From: Zootoca vivipara
Taxonomy: Eukaryota
Direction: 5' to 3'
Length of the DNA: 64,000 nt
NCBI RefSeq assembly: GCF_963506605.1
Contig: NC_083285.1
Coordinates: 62,000,001-62,064,000 of the forward strand
Shown: piece after piece, positions 1 through 11,456 of the stretch
Layout: each line of letters begins with the position of its first letter
Position numbering within the stretch: position 1 is the stretch's first letter
The notes under the pieces: generated by a model
The model's database searches: none
Told to the model about the DNA's origin: nothing
Seen by the model: only the letters and a program-made list of their open reading frames with translations
Position numbers and translations under genes: made by a program

Positions 1-618
1 TGCTCTGGAATAGTATGAAAGGCAGTATATAAGTCCCTTAATTTGTTTTATTTTTCTAGTTTTCGCTCAGGATAGTAAAATTCAGTTAATTTTGGTTTCT
101 CTCAGTTTCACATTTCCCCAATTTTAAGTTCAATTTATCACATTTTCACATCAGTTCTGATTTTTTTAAAAAAATGAAAATTTGCCTGTATTTTAGCATG
201 CCTTTCTTCTAATATATACATTTCCCCCCCCAAGCAATTCCCTCAGAGCAGTTTAAATTATTTGACTAATATATGCATTTTTATTTACATTTTAACCTAT
301 GCTCAATTTTTTAGTTGCATTACAAAATTCAGAGAAGTGCTCACTTTGAAGGATAGCTGCAATTTGATTTCTGCATTGTTTCAGAAGGTGTGAGTTAGCA
401 TGTAAACAAAACTCAGGGTTTTATTCAGCTAAGTTCTCCCTGATATATACCCACTGAAATTAAGGGACTCTAATGTCTATTAATTCCCTGGGCAGGCTCT
501 GAATATGACCAGCCCTGATTTCTCCCCGCTCTCCAACCCCAGACCCTCAGTTATCATAGAATATCTGTTGCTACGGGGCTGTGGGGCTTCACTATTTGAC
601 CCCCCCGGTCGGGATTCT

Positions 619-620
<2 letters not shown>

Positions 621-662
<42 letters not shown>

Positions 663-1041
663 TTATTTATACCCCGCCCATCTGGCCGGGTTCCCCCAGC
701 CACTCTGGGCGGCTTCCAACAAAACATTAAAATACAGAAATCCATCAAACATTAAAAGCTTCCCTAAACAGGGCTGCCTTGAGATGCCTTCTAAAGGTCT
801 GGTAATTGTTGTTCTCTTTGACCTCTGGTGGGAGGGCATTCCACAGGGTGGGTGCCACTACCGAGAAGGCACTCTGCCTGTTTCCCTGTAACTTAGCTTC
901 TCGTAGCGAGGGAACCGCCAGAAGGCCCTTGGCACTGGACCTCAGTGTCCGGGCAGAACGATGGGGGAGGAGACGCTCCTTCAGGTATACTGGTATACCG
1001 AGGCCATTTAGGGCTTTAAAGGTCAGCACCAACACTTTGAA
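621..1041 (-). mobile_element. 5'-truncated L2-clade LINE 3' end with (TTA)n tail, apparently nested in the Helitron
   Basis: Minus-strand ORF FKVLVLTFKALNGLG..YLKERLL..RTLRSS..AFSVVAPTLWNALP..FRRHLKAALF matches the L2 ORF2 C-terminus; (AAT)n tail at 621-662. Confidence 0.85.
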
Positions 1042-1140
1042 TAGTAGTTCTCTTTTAGTAGTTCTCTGGGTCCCAGGGCACATCATCACCCCCGATCCTT
1101 AATCTAAATATATAGAAATGTATGGAGATACAGGGGGGAG

Positions 1141-1545
1141 GGGACAACAGAGGGCTCAGACAAAAGTCAATACTGGGAAATGTAACCCAGAAACTGACAG
1201 CTCCTTCTCCAAGGGTGGGGGCCAATGTAGGAAGATAGGGGTAGGGGCCAACACTCCCCAGGGACAACAGAGGGCTCAGACAAAAGTGCATACTGGGAAA
1301 TAGAACCCAGAGCCTAACAGTTCCTTCTCCAAGGGTGGGGGCCAAGGTATATATATATGGGGGAGGGGCCAAGGTATATATATATGGGGGAGGGGCCAAC
1401 ACTCCCCAGGGACAACAGAAGGCTCAGACAAAAGTGCATACTGGGAAATAGAACCCAGAACCTAACAGTTCCTTCTCCAAGGGTGGGGGCCAATGTATGT
1501 AGATACATGGGGGTGGGGCCAACACCCCCCAGGGACAACAGAGGG
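1141..1545 (+). repeat. Minisatellite, about 120-150 bp unit, 3+ copies, inside the Helitron
   Basis: Unit GGGACAACAGAGGGCTCAGACAAAAGT..CTTCTCCAAGGGTGGGGGCCAA recurs at about 1141, 1261 and 1409, and partially at 1532. Confidence 0.9.
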
Positions 1546-1676
1546 AAGGGTGTCCTACCGAAACACAGGGATGAGCTGGGGTGGAGGGAGGAGGGGCAGG
1601 ATACGTCATGGATCGGGACAGGGTGGGGTGGGGATCACAGGAAAGAATCACAGCAACGCGTGGCCGGGTCAGCTAG

Positions 1677-1748
1677 TAGAATAATAGAATTGTAGAGTTG
1701 GAACAGACACCAATAGTCATCTAGTCCACCCCCTGCAATGCAGGAATA
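1677..1748 (-). mobile_element. CR1-type LINE 3' terminus
   Basis: ATAGAATTGTAGAGTTGGAA..TCATCTAGTCCACCCCCTGCAATGCAGGAAT is the reverse complement of a CR1 3'UTR with an ATTCTA-type tail; a near-identical fragment lies at about 51483-51551. Confidence 0.7.
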
Positions 1749-2260
1749 TCAACACAGAGTTGCCCAAATATTTTGTAACGTATATAACATTTTTTAGGTA
1801 GGCCACAATTTTGTATTCCATACATTACAGGTGAACTCCTGAGACTGAGTGGCTTAGCTAAGGCTGCTTAATGAGTTAATGAAAGACGTGAGTTTCAAAC
1901 TGGGAATTTCCTGACTTATCACTCTGTCTTTTGGCATTAGTTCTTGAACATTAGTTCTTGACATAGCAGAGCCACAAAAATATTCTGTTCCTTTTGTGTT
2001 TTGCTTTTTATGAATGAAAATTGAGCACTTCCAGCTGCAACCCTCTCTTCTCTCATGAAGAGACCCATCTCTGATAAACCCTAGCTTGGGGCAGTAGTTT
2101 CTTCTTTCTTTCAAGAACATTTTATTGAACATTTTACAGTGAATTAAAGTAAATAAGAAAAAAAATACATAAAAACAAAGCAAAGGAAAATGACAATAAT
2201 GAGGTAACAATAAAATGTAATTAGGGTTACATAAGCATATATGTAAGTAGGTAAGGTTAC

Positions 2261-2636
2261 TGTTATGTACTGAGCTGAATCCTAGAACAATAGGATTCAG
2301 AATCAGCGGGAGCTACCCAATCCAACTCCAGGTGGAAGTGAATCCACAACCTGATTGGCCTGCTGGAGCAGCCAATCAGGCGGCTGGCAGAAGTGAATCT
2401 GCTACCTGATTGGCCTGTAGGAACAGCCAATCAGGCTGCAGGCAGAAGTCAATCCACAATATAATTGGCCCACAGGTGTAGCCCTGAAGTAGCCAATCAC
2501 ACAAGGCCCATTGTGTAAATAATGTATATAAGCAGATGGTTTTGGGAAAAGAGCCATTCTTCTTCTCCTCTTCTCCTTGATGACTATGAGCTGAATAAAG
2601 AGCATGAAATTCACTCTCGACTCCGAGTATATTTCA
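2261..2636 (+). mobile_element. Solo LTR (376 bp)
   Basis: TG...CA termini; 5-bp TSD GTTAC (2256-2260 and 2637-2641); repeated ATTGG/CCAAT boxes; TATATAA at 2525-2531; AATAAA at 2594-2599. Confidence 0.85.
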
Positions 2637-2955
2637 GTTACATAAGTATATATGTAAGTAGGTAAACTTACTATTTCTGTCATGTAAATGGCAGTTCATG
2701 TCACTATGGTTTCAATAAATACGTTCCAAATATCATTAAATTTGACCATACATAATCTTTTTCTGAAAGCAATCCATTCATAGATTTGCAAGAGCTGTCA
2801 TGTTGTCAAGAGGAGTTTAGCTTGGCCAGTACTTGTCCAAGAAGCAGTTGTTGTGGCATACCTTGAGAGAGTGACTGCTGTTTCTATGATTTTCACCTGA
2901 GGAACTCCTACGGATTGCATCTTTCTGGATAATCCCTTGAGTGGTTTTTCTGGCA

Positions 2956-2956
2956 G

Positions 2957-3011
<55 letters not shown>

Positions 3012-3018
3012 TGTTGTT
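2956..3018. repeat. Compound microsatellite (GTT)n(GCT)n
   Basis: Read directly from the sequence. Confidence 0.95.
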
Positions 3019-3019
3019 A

Positions 3020-3190
3020 TTTTGTCCAGATAGGGGCTCAGCTGGGCCATCAGCCAAAGCTGTTGGAAGACACTCCACACCACTGAGGCCACCTGACCCT
3101 CAAGTGACAGCCATGGATGCAGACGCACACCCAAGCTGCATACCTGCTCCTTCAGAGGGAGTGTAACCCCATCAACAGCAGGCAACCTCC
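3020..3190 (-). mobile_element. L2 ORF2 internal fragment
   Basis: Translation DGVTLPLKEQVCSLGV..LSLEGQVASV..FQQL..QLSPYLD resembles the post-RT region of L2. Confidence 0.7.
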
Positions 3191-3865
3191 CATCCCACTA
3201 ACAGTCTCTGCAAAGGAATATCAGCTGAACATGGCAGCAAAGCAGAAAATGCCAGTATTTATTCTCTGCATAATTGGTTGAGCACTTGGCTCGCCTTTGA
3301 AGCCGAGTGTGAGGTCAGTGTCGAGCTCCAAGTGTGGGAGGAGGAGATTGGTGAGTGGTTCTCTCCGTCATGGCTGCCCTGTTTAGAAATAGGGCATGAG
3401 AAGGAAGCAGCTCATTCATCTCTCGGTGAGCTTTTGGAGGCGCTTGCCAGAGAGGAAAAGGATGCTTGCCATGGTGAGCAGTGCGAGAATTTGTAGGCTC
3501 CTGTGTGGGAGTCTGATGTTTAGAAAGTGCCAAGTGCCTGTTCACTGATAACTACTTTGGATCCTAGCAGGGGAAGAGAGACTAACTTACCAAATATAGC
3601 TGTGTAATATCGGAAGAATCACAATCTGTATTGATGTAAGTATGTAGTAGAATCAGTGATGAAGGCAACAGATGGTTCAGCATCTAACTTCCTGCTTCCC
3701 AGTAGCATTCTCCCATGTGGTTTTGAACAGAATGAGAGCAATACATTTTTATCTTTTCCAACTATACTATTTCTAACTTGTAAATATCTAAACTTTAAAC
3801 TGAGGCCAATATCCGTCTGTTTGCTCGTGGCATTTGCAATACTAATAAATTAAAATACATAGCAT

Positions 3866-3900
<35 letters not shown>

Positions 3901-5329
3901 GTTTGCACACCTAAACCTATTTCTGATATCCTTTCTTGCTCTAGAGCCTGTGCAGATAATCTTTCACCCTTATTCCCTGTGCACCCATTTGGTTGTGTGA
4001 ATTGGCCTTAAGTCACAAGAGGTTTTTGGAGTTTAGTGGAATAGTATCATCTTTCACTGTGGAGTAAAGGCAGCTGCTGTTTGGAGATTTTTTTTTGATA
4101 CTTTCATGACTTGATGCTGTAGTAGTACTTACCCATCAGTTTACTCTAAATGGTAGCTAATGACAGGTCTACTGTTAAATTGAAAGCAAGATTCTTACAC
4201 CTCTCAAGCAGATAACCTATAAGCAATGTTTTTCTTGCTCATGATGTTTAACCAGTTATCATTGTTGGGGCTTCTTATGTGCTCAATTTCATTATAGGAG
4301 TCTAGTGATAGTACATCATGTGTCTTTGTATAATTTCCTATATGCAAAGTGATACCTGTGAAGGAAAACAGTTGTGTAAAGAGACAATTTAATGAACTGA
4401 ATACCTTTCTTAGTGTGAACTAGAAGGTTGGCTTCTGCCTTAATATATTGCACACGTTTTGCTAGAGATGGGATGTTTGGCCTATTCTCATTTAAGCTGG
4501 CTTTATCCCAAATTGAAAACAGGTGGTGAAGTTCAGTGTTGCATGATGAAATGCCATTGCCCTTCCCTTTTCTTTGTCCCCGTAGATTTGCTCAAAGGGT
4601 CCCCCAACCCTCTGGAGCTGGCAACCCTTGCTTATAAGCATTTGAAATAAACATTGAGTGGTGGGTTTGACTAACAGATTTTTGGCTGTCCTTTGTGCTG
4701 TAAATGTGTTGCCTTCTGGCAAAAGTCCACAAAAGCTGTTTTTCAAAGAACAGCTAATTCTAATTACGTTAATAGAGACATTTTTGATCTTGGTGACAGC
4801 TGAGTAATCAGAACTGAGGTCACCTTTTCATATGCTTCAGGATATGCTTCAAACATAGGAGCGCTTAAAATTGTAAGCTATGCTGGTAGCTTTTTGGCAT
4901 CCCGTGTCTTTTCAGACAGTTATTTTAATTTGCTGTTAATCTCAGGATTTTTCCACTTTTATTTAGGTTTAAGAAATATGTTTATTGCCATCTAACTGAT
5001 CTAAACTGGTGTGAACCTGGCATAAGAATTATGTGACCAGCATGAATGTTGCCATCAAGAGAAATGGTTGTCTTGTGCAGAATTAAAAATCTGCATACAT
5101 ACCTGTGTACAGAGCATAAAATAAGAAGAGAAGCATCAGACGAAGGACCCATCTAGTCCTTCATGCTTTTTCACAGTGGCTAACCCATTGCCTGTGGAAA
5201 GCCTGCAAGCAGCACTTCCCCAACTTGTGTTCCCCCCAATGTCAGTACTGGACTTGTGCTAGTGAATTTCCATAGTTCCTTGAAATTCATTATTTTCACA
5301 GCTGGCTTAGTATTTTCATCTAGCTATCA

Positions 5330-5900
5330 GCTAAGGCCCCAATGTCTTGTTCCGGATCAGTCCCCAGTAGCCCATTGACGTACAGTGGCACCTCAGTCTG
5401 CGAACAGTCCTGTTAACGAACGCTTCAGACAACGAACTCCGCAAAACCGGAAGTAGGTGATCCGGTTAGTGAACTTTGCCCCGGAAGCTGAACGGAAGCT
5501 GAACATTGGCAGTGGGAGGCCTCATTAGGGAAAGTGCGCGCCTCGGTTTATGAACGCTTTGGTGTAAGAACGGACCTCTGGAACAGATTAAGTTCATAAA
5601 CCGAGGTACTACTGTATATGTGAAATCAGGATCCCCCCCCCATTGAATAATTCTTTACACTTAGTTTAATTGAATATCATGTGTCATTTTAATTCCCATT
5701 CCCCCCAAGATCCTCTCAATTCTTTTTTGTTCTTATCACCCTGGTGTCATCAGCAAACTTGAATATCCCACAACTCAGCCCAATCCCAGGCCAGCTATGG
5801 ACAAGGTAAAAAACACTGCTTCCATATTGATCCTTGGGGGCTCCACTCCTTATATTCCTCCACTGGAAAATTTTCATTTATTCTTACTCTCTGCTTCCTG
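5330..5900 (-). mobile_element. Degraded CR1 RT fragment interrupted by a MITE
   Basis: GGTGTCATCAGCAAACTT at about 5743-5760 is the reverse complement of AAGTTTGCTGATGACACC (KFADDT). Boundaries approximate. Confidence 0.6.
5383..5614. mobile_element. Tc1/mariner (pogo/Tigger-like) MITE
   Basis: TA|CAGTGGCACCTC...GAGGTACTACTG|TA: imperfect TIRs with TA target duplication. Confidence 0.85.
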
Positions 5901-7165
5901 TTTTTTTAGCTAGTTACTTATTGATAAGGGTACTAGGCTGCACCACACCCAGCTAAAGAGAGATTTACTTTGGTTTGGCCCTTGGTAATCGTGATTTTTG
6001 TCAAGGGAGTATGCAGTGATGTGGATTGTGGTGGCACTACAAAATGCAGTGGTTCTTATATCTCTAGGGTTCTGGAGGCATGCTCTTTTGGTTTTTGGTA
6101 GGAAGGTTTAAGTTTTTAGCTCTCATGGTTTTTGAGTAAAACTTGCAACCGTACTGATGACTTCTACCAAGACTTTGAAAAGTAGAGTGGCAGTAAGTAG
6201 AAGCTGGAAGTGGTTACTCAGTGGTGAAGACTTAGGCTCACTTAAGATGTAACACCAGACCATGATATGGTGTCACATGAGTGAATCTTTCTTTATCTTG
6301 AACTCTCCTTTCCCCTCTCATTGCGTGCTGCGATTACCTCCCTGCCTGCTTTATGCAAAACATTGCTTGTCATTGCATATGACTGTAAGTTGTTTTAAAC
6401 TATTTTTAACATTATGAATTAATGTTGTAGCCCACCCATGGACCTTAGGGTGAAGGCTGAGTAATAAAAACTAATATATTTTGAAGAAAATGATGAGTGA
6501 CAGAGGACTTTTTACAGTGGAATAGATAACTTGAGCTAGTGCTGTGTTTCATCCTCCTCCCTTTTTGGTTGGTGAGTGAAAGGGGATTGCTTCACTAAAC
6601 GGTTAACATTTCCTCCACAACTTAACTTATTTTAATCACACACAGGCCCTTAATATTGGTTGTGACACAGAGTTCATGGAAAGCAAATACTTCTCTATAT
6701 ATTGTTTTTGTGATCGTGCCCTTTTCCAGCAAGCTAGAGAAACGACCTCCCATAAACCTGTTGTGTGATTCAGGAAAGATTAGGTCTGGGCATGCCTAAA
6801 TTATTCATTACTTTGTTTATTATGAATACTAATGTAGCTTTCCTTTTGTTTCATGCTGGCTCTTTCATTCATTTTTCCTCCATGTTTCTCGCAAGCCGGA
6901 TGTTTAAGAGCATCCTGACAGTTTTCCAAGATTGCTTTAGTACTTAGGATTTCTTGCTCTCCCCTACCCTGCCCCAACTGTGCTAATAAGAACGTAAGAT
7001 GCTGCTGTATATGGAGACAGCCCAGTGGTCCATCTATCTCAGTACTGTCTACTTTGACTGGCAGTGGCTCTCTAGGTTTTCAGGTAGTTTTTTCCATCCC
7101 TACCAGGAGCTGCAAGGAACAGAGATGTCTGAGACCTTTCTGTATGCAGAGCTTGTCTTCTAAGG

Positions 7166-7606
7166 CAGGCATGGCCAACAGGTAGATCGGGATCTACCGG
7201 TAGATCCCCAGGACGTTTCTGGTAGATCCCGGGTAGATTGTGGGTTCCTTAGTGATCGCCAGCCTAAAAGAAAAGAAAGAGCCCCCCCCTAAAAAAAAAC
7301 CCTCAAGAACTCTCTTCTCCCCCCCAAAAAAGCTCAATAACCATGAGCAATTGCAGGGAGAGCTCCTTCCCTCTTCCCAATACTGAGCTTACCAGTATGT
7401 GTGTGAATGTGTTAGTGCATTGCATAGAAGGGCTGGATTGCTCCCTTTCCCTCTTGCCTGCCTAGAGCTCCTCGGCTCCTCCTCCCTCATGCCGGCAGAG
7501 AGGGAGAGGTGTGTGTGAGTTTGCGTGCGTGGGAGGAAAGCAGGAGCCTCGACTCACAGAGGGATTTCCCCCCTGTCCCTGTCTCATTGAGCCACTGGGA
7601 GCCAGC

Positions 7607-7661
<55 letters not shown>

Positions 7662-7728
7662 GGATGGGTGCCCCTAGCTGAGGGGGTGGGGGAGAAAGAG
7701 AGAGGTGGATGGGTGCCCGTAGCTGAGG

Positions 7729-7790
<62 letters not shown>

Positions 7791-8236
7791 AATGTTCAAA
7801 CATGACAGATGAGCACCTTAAGGATTCCTTGAAGCTGGCCCTGACACAGTACTCGTCTGATATTGAACAGTTGGTTACCAAAATGGTGATGCAGGTGTCA
7901 CACTAACAATGGATGAAGGCATGTATTTTTTTAAGAAATCTTGATAGGTAGGTTAATGGAGTGGGTAAAGGAGTTTGTGCAGCGTACAGTTTTGTGAGTG
8001 CTTTTATGCAATTCTCTCCCAAGAAATCTCTAAAAGTTTCTGTTGTCCCCTGTAAGAAAAATATTTGGGCAGTGCTCCCCCCAAAAAGGTTACCAAATCT
8101 GGTTACCCCCCTTTCCTTCTCCCTAAAAAAGCTCAACAACTTTGAGCTGAAACCCCCCCCCCAAAATGGGGGTGGATCACCGCCAGATTTTGATTCTGAA
8201 AGTAGATCATAGTCTCTTGGGAGTTGGCCACCCCTG
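7166..8236 (+). mobile_element. Non-autonomous hAT (Charlie-group) deletion derivative
   Basis: TIRs CAGGCATGGCCAAC / GTTGGCCACCCCTG; perfect 8-bp TSD TTCTAAGG (7158-7165, 8237-8244); internal (GA)n tracts and a transposase remnant. Confidence 0.9.
7790..7906 (+). pseudogene. C-terminal remnant of a hAT-Charlie transposase
   Basis: Hand translation QCSNMTDEHLKDSLKLALTQYSSDIEQLVTKMVMQVSH* fits the RS.LTD.HL...L......P.I..LV...Q.SH* end of Charlie/SPIN/GTF2IRD2-type transposases. Confidence 0.75.
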
Positions 8237-9009
8237 TTCTAAGGAGATTAGATTATGTAGTTGCAATCTTATTTTCTTTCTGTCAGACCAAGACAGAAAT
8301 ATGTACACACAAGGGTTAGCATCTTGCTCCTTTCCACCCACTTTTGTTGCACCAATGTGTTTACTGTTTGGCATGTGAGATGACCCCCCCTCCCCCTCCA
8401 AGGCACTACCTATACAGTACCTGGTCTGCATTTGCAATAAGTCTTATCAGATATAGTGTGGCAGCACCTGCACTTTGGAACTTTGGAAGCCTGGGGTTGC
8501 CTGTTCAGTGCAGAATGAAAGCAGGCTTTTGCCCTCCTCCAGCTAACGAGCTGTTGGTTATTGCTATTTTCACATTGGGCAGAATTGCCTTGCTCAGCTG
8601 CAAGCTTAGAGCTGTAAAGGAAACTGATTTTGTGCAGTGTTTCAGAGGCTGCATGTGACTTCAGCGAGGGGAGTTGTGGCAAAAACAAACCTTCAGTTGG
8701 CCATCCAATATTTGTCAACCTTTGTGTACATGTATAAATGTGATGTGCTAACTGTAGCAGCTGCCTGACATGGCTGCACTCCAAATCCAGTCTTCTAACT
8801 GGAGCAGGTCAGTGTATGTGTGTGCAAAAAAAGGGGCCAAAAGGCCAAAGAAGATTGGTCTTTCTGTGCTCTAAGTTATGGCAGGTGCTTTTATCGTAAT
8901 GAAACTGTCTTCTTCGAATATGATAGACTTTGTAGCAGTTCTGTTTCAGAATTTAAAGCTATACAGTACAGGTTTTGGAAGTATGTAGCTCCAAAGTGCT
9001 TTAAAAACA

Positions 9010-10535
9010 TCTGGCAGGGGAAAAAACCCAGAATAAAATATAAGATTTTAACAGACAAGAAAGAGAGAGGGGGATTCTCCCTGCCAGACTTGAAACTGTA
9101 TTTTGAAGCTGCAGCTTTGTGTTGGATGAAAGAATGGTTTTTGCTGAACAATACAGATATATTAGACTTGGAAGGATTTGACAATGCTTTTGGTTGGCAT
9201 GCATATATTTGGTATGATAAGTTAAAATTACACAAAGGTTTTAAAAATCATATAATTAGGAAATCATTGTTTAATGTATGGATTAGATATAAAGATCTGT
9301 TAGAAAACAAAACACCCAGGTGGGTTTCACCGTTAGAGGCCAAAGCATTTAAAAGGCGAAATATGGAAACCAAATGGCCAAAATATAAAGACATTTTGAT
9401 ACAAGAAGGAGATCAATGTAAAATGAAAACATATGATCAAATGAAGGAAATACTTACTGATTGGCTTCAGTATCATCAGATAAATGAGGCTTTTAAAAAT
9501 GATAAAAAAATAGGTTTTCAATTGGAAGAATCCAAATTGGAAACGCTGCTATTGAATTCGAGTACAAAAAATCTTTCAAAGATGTATAATTTGCTGCTGG
9601 AGTGGCAAACAAAAGATGAGTTAACGAAATCAACAATGATTGAATGGGCCAAAGATGTTGGACATAATATAATGATGGAGGACTGGGAAAGATTGTGGAA
9701 AAAATCTATTAAATTTACTGCATGTAATGTATTGAAAGAAAATGTTATGAAAATGATGTATAGATGGTATTTAACCCCAGTAAAATTAGCCAAAATGTAT
9801 CATACATATGACAATAAGTGTTGGAAATGTAATGCAGTGGAAGGAACTTTTTATCATATGTGGTGGACTTGCCCCAGGATAAAGGACTTCTGGGAGAAAA
9901 TTTATAATGAACTGAAAAAAGTGTTGAAGAACACTTTTATAAAAAAACCAGAAGCCTTTTTATTGGGACTAGTTGGGAGTGAAATACCGAAAAAAGATAC
10001 CACATTTTTCTTATATGCCACAACAGCAGCAAGAATTTTGATAGCGAAATATTGGAAGCTGAAAGAAATACCGACGGTGGAAGAATGGCAGATGAAGATG
10101 ATGGAATACATGGAATTAGCTGACCTGACCGGGAGACTTCGAGACCAGCGAGAAAAAATGGTGGAAGAAGATTGGAAATGTTTTAAAGACTATTTGAAAA
10201 AGAATAAAATAGACATAGAATAATAAGAAAGGGTTTTGATAGAAACAGGGAGCTGTAGCTTATCAAAATAGATTGGTGTTGAAGGAAAAACGTAATATCT
10301 ATCATGGTTAAGGATGATTATGGTATAAATATATGGAATCAAAAGTTAATGAGGAATATGAAGTAGAAATCGCTAAAAGATTAATATAGGATGATGCGCA
10401 GTAAGGAGGAATTGAGGAAGTCAAATATAATGATTAGAGACGAAATTGTGATTATGAAATTCTTGTTTGTGTGTATTTTGTTTTTATTTGTGTTTAATTA
10501 AAAAAATAAAAAAAATTTTTATAAAAAAAAAAAAA
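9010..10535 (+). mobile_element. Young 5'-truncated L1-clade LINE (ORF2 C-terminal part, 3'UTR, poly(A))
   Basis: About 400 uninterrupted codons: IWQGKKPRI..ERGGFSLPDLKLY.., and a CWKC..HMWWTC zinc knuckle, stop at 10221-10223. A-rich tail. TSD TAAAAACA (9002-9009, 10536-10543) at a TT/AAAA site. Confidence 0.92.
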
Positions 10536-11383
10536 TAAAAACAAGCTTAGCTGGCTTTGTTTTGTAGGTTCTTTGACCATTCCTTTCCTTTTTTCAGTTT
10601 TGTGGGTTAGATTGGTAAGCAGGTGTTACGGATGATAAACGTACATTTTGTGTAATGTTCTGGAACATTTAATTGCTGGGCATTCAATTATTAAGATTAC
10701 CTGACAGAAGCAATAGGAAAGCTTCAGACTGAATGTATGTTCTGTGCCCCTGGTGGTAGGATGAAGTGTCGCCTGAAATGCTCATAGGATTTTTCACTTT
10801 GCTGTGTAAGAATTCTGCTTCTGTTCAGGAACGTCAGAGGCAGGTGTGCATAAAATGGTACTGAACTGTTTTTGGGTTGCTTGAAAACCTTCTTGATTTT
10901 CTGCTAAGGGCTTGAAGTTCAGCAAGGTGGAGATTTGGGTTATTCTCCCCCCTCCCCGGCAACTTCACCAGTAGATTTGATGCCTGTCTCATTGCTGAAA
11001 TCTTTGCTCTGTGCTGTTGAAAAGTGCACAAGTTCATGTTTTGAGCAGGTGCAAACATGCTCACCTTCTGTAGTCCTTACCTCTAATTGAAGAAAGGCCA
11101 TGCTTACATCTGACTTGCATTTTAATATGCTTGATGGAGAAAGCGATGAGAGTTGCCTGCCTGGTGTTGCTTTTGCATCCATGTGCTGAAGTCACTTCAA
11201 ATCCATCACCTCTCACTGTACAGTTGTCAGGCACCCTAAGCGTATCCCCGGAAAGGTAACGGAGTTGCTGCTGCGTCGCTCTTGCTCCAGCTGATTTGAA
11301 GGCAGACGTGTAATGATCTGTAGGGATGAAACCTGTTGGCATTCCAGAGGAGCAGCTGGTGGCTTTGATCTTGCTAACTAGCA

Positions 11384-11456
11384 ATGATTCAAGTCTTGCA
11401 GATTGTGAAAGAGCTGGTGTCACCAGCACGACGTAGAACGGACTCTGCAAAGAAAG
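11384..11456 (+). CDS. USP6NL: USP6NL alternative first coding exon (MIQVLQIVKELVSPARRRTDSAKK-G), phase 1
   Basis: ATG in GCAATGA; 24 codons plus 1 nt; donor AAG|GTAGGA; phase compatible with the exon at 55688. Resembles the MIQVLQLVKELV.. N-terminus I recall for a mammalian USP6NL isoform. Confidence 0.85.

Larger units (their letters stand above)
564..1676 (+). mobile_element. Non-autonomous Helitron (3' end clear, 5' end uncertain)
   Basis: Ends CACAGCAACGCGTGGCCGGGTCAGCTAG|T (1649-1677): a subterminal hairpin plus CTAG followed by host T, the typical vertebrate Helitron 3' end. Candidate 5' end is A|TC at 563/564; rejoining the flanks gives TCATAGAATA|TAGAATAATAGAATTG, a plausible CR1 tail. 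The 5' end could instead extend to about 485. Confidence 0.7.

Noticed and set aside
1141-1545. CRISPR-like repeat-spacer array
   Set aside because: Vertebrate DNA, long repeat units, no unique spacers and no cas genes; it is a minisatellite.
8820-9009. N-terminal extension of the 467-aa ORF as a host-L1 fusion gene
   Set aside because: It starts at GTG, lies outside the TSD and shows no L1 similarity; most likely flank that is open in frame by chance.
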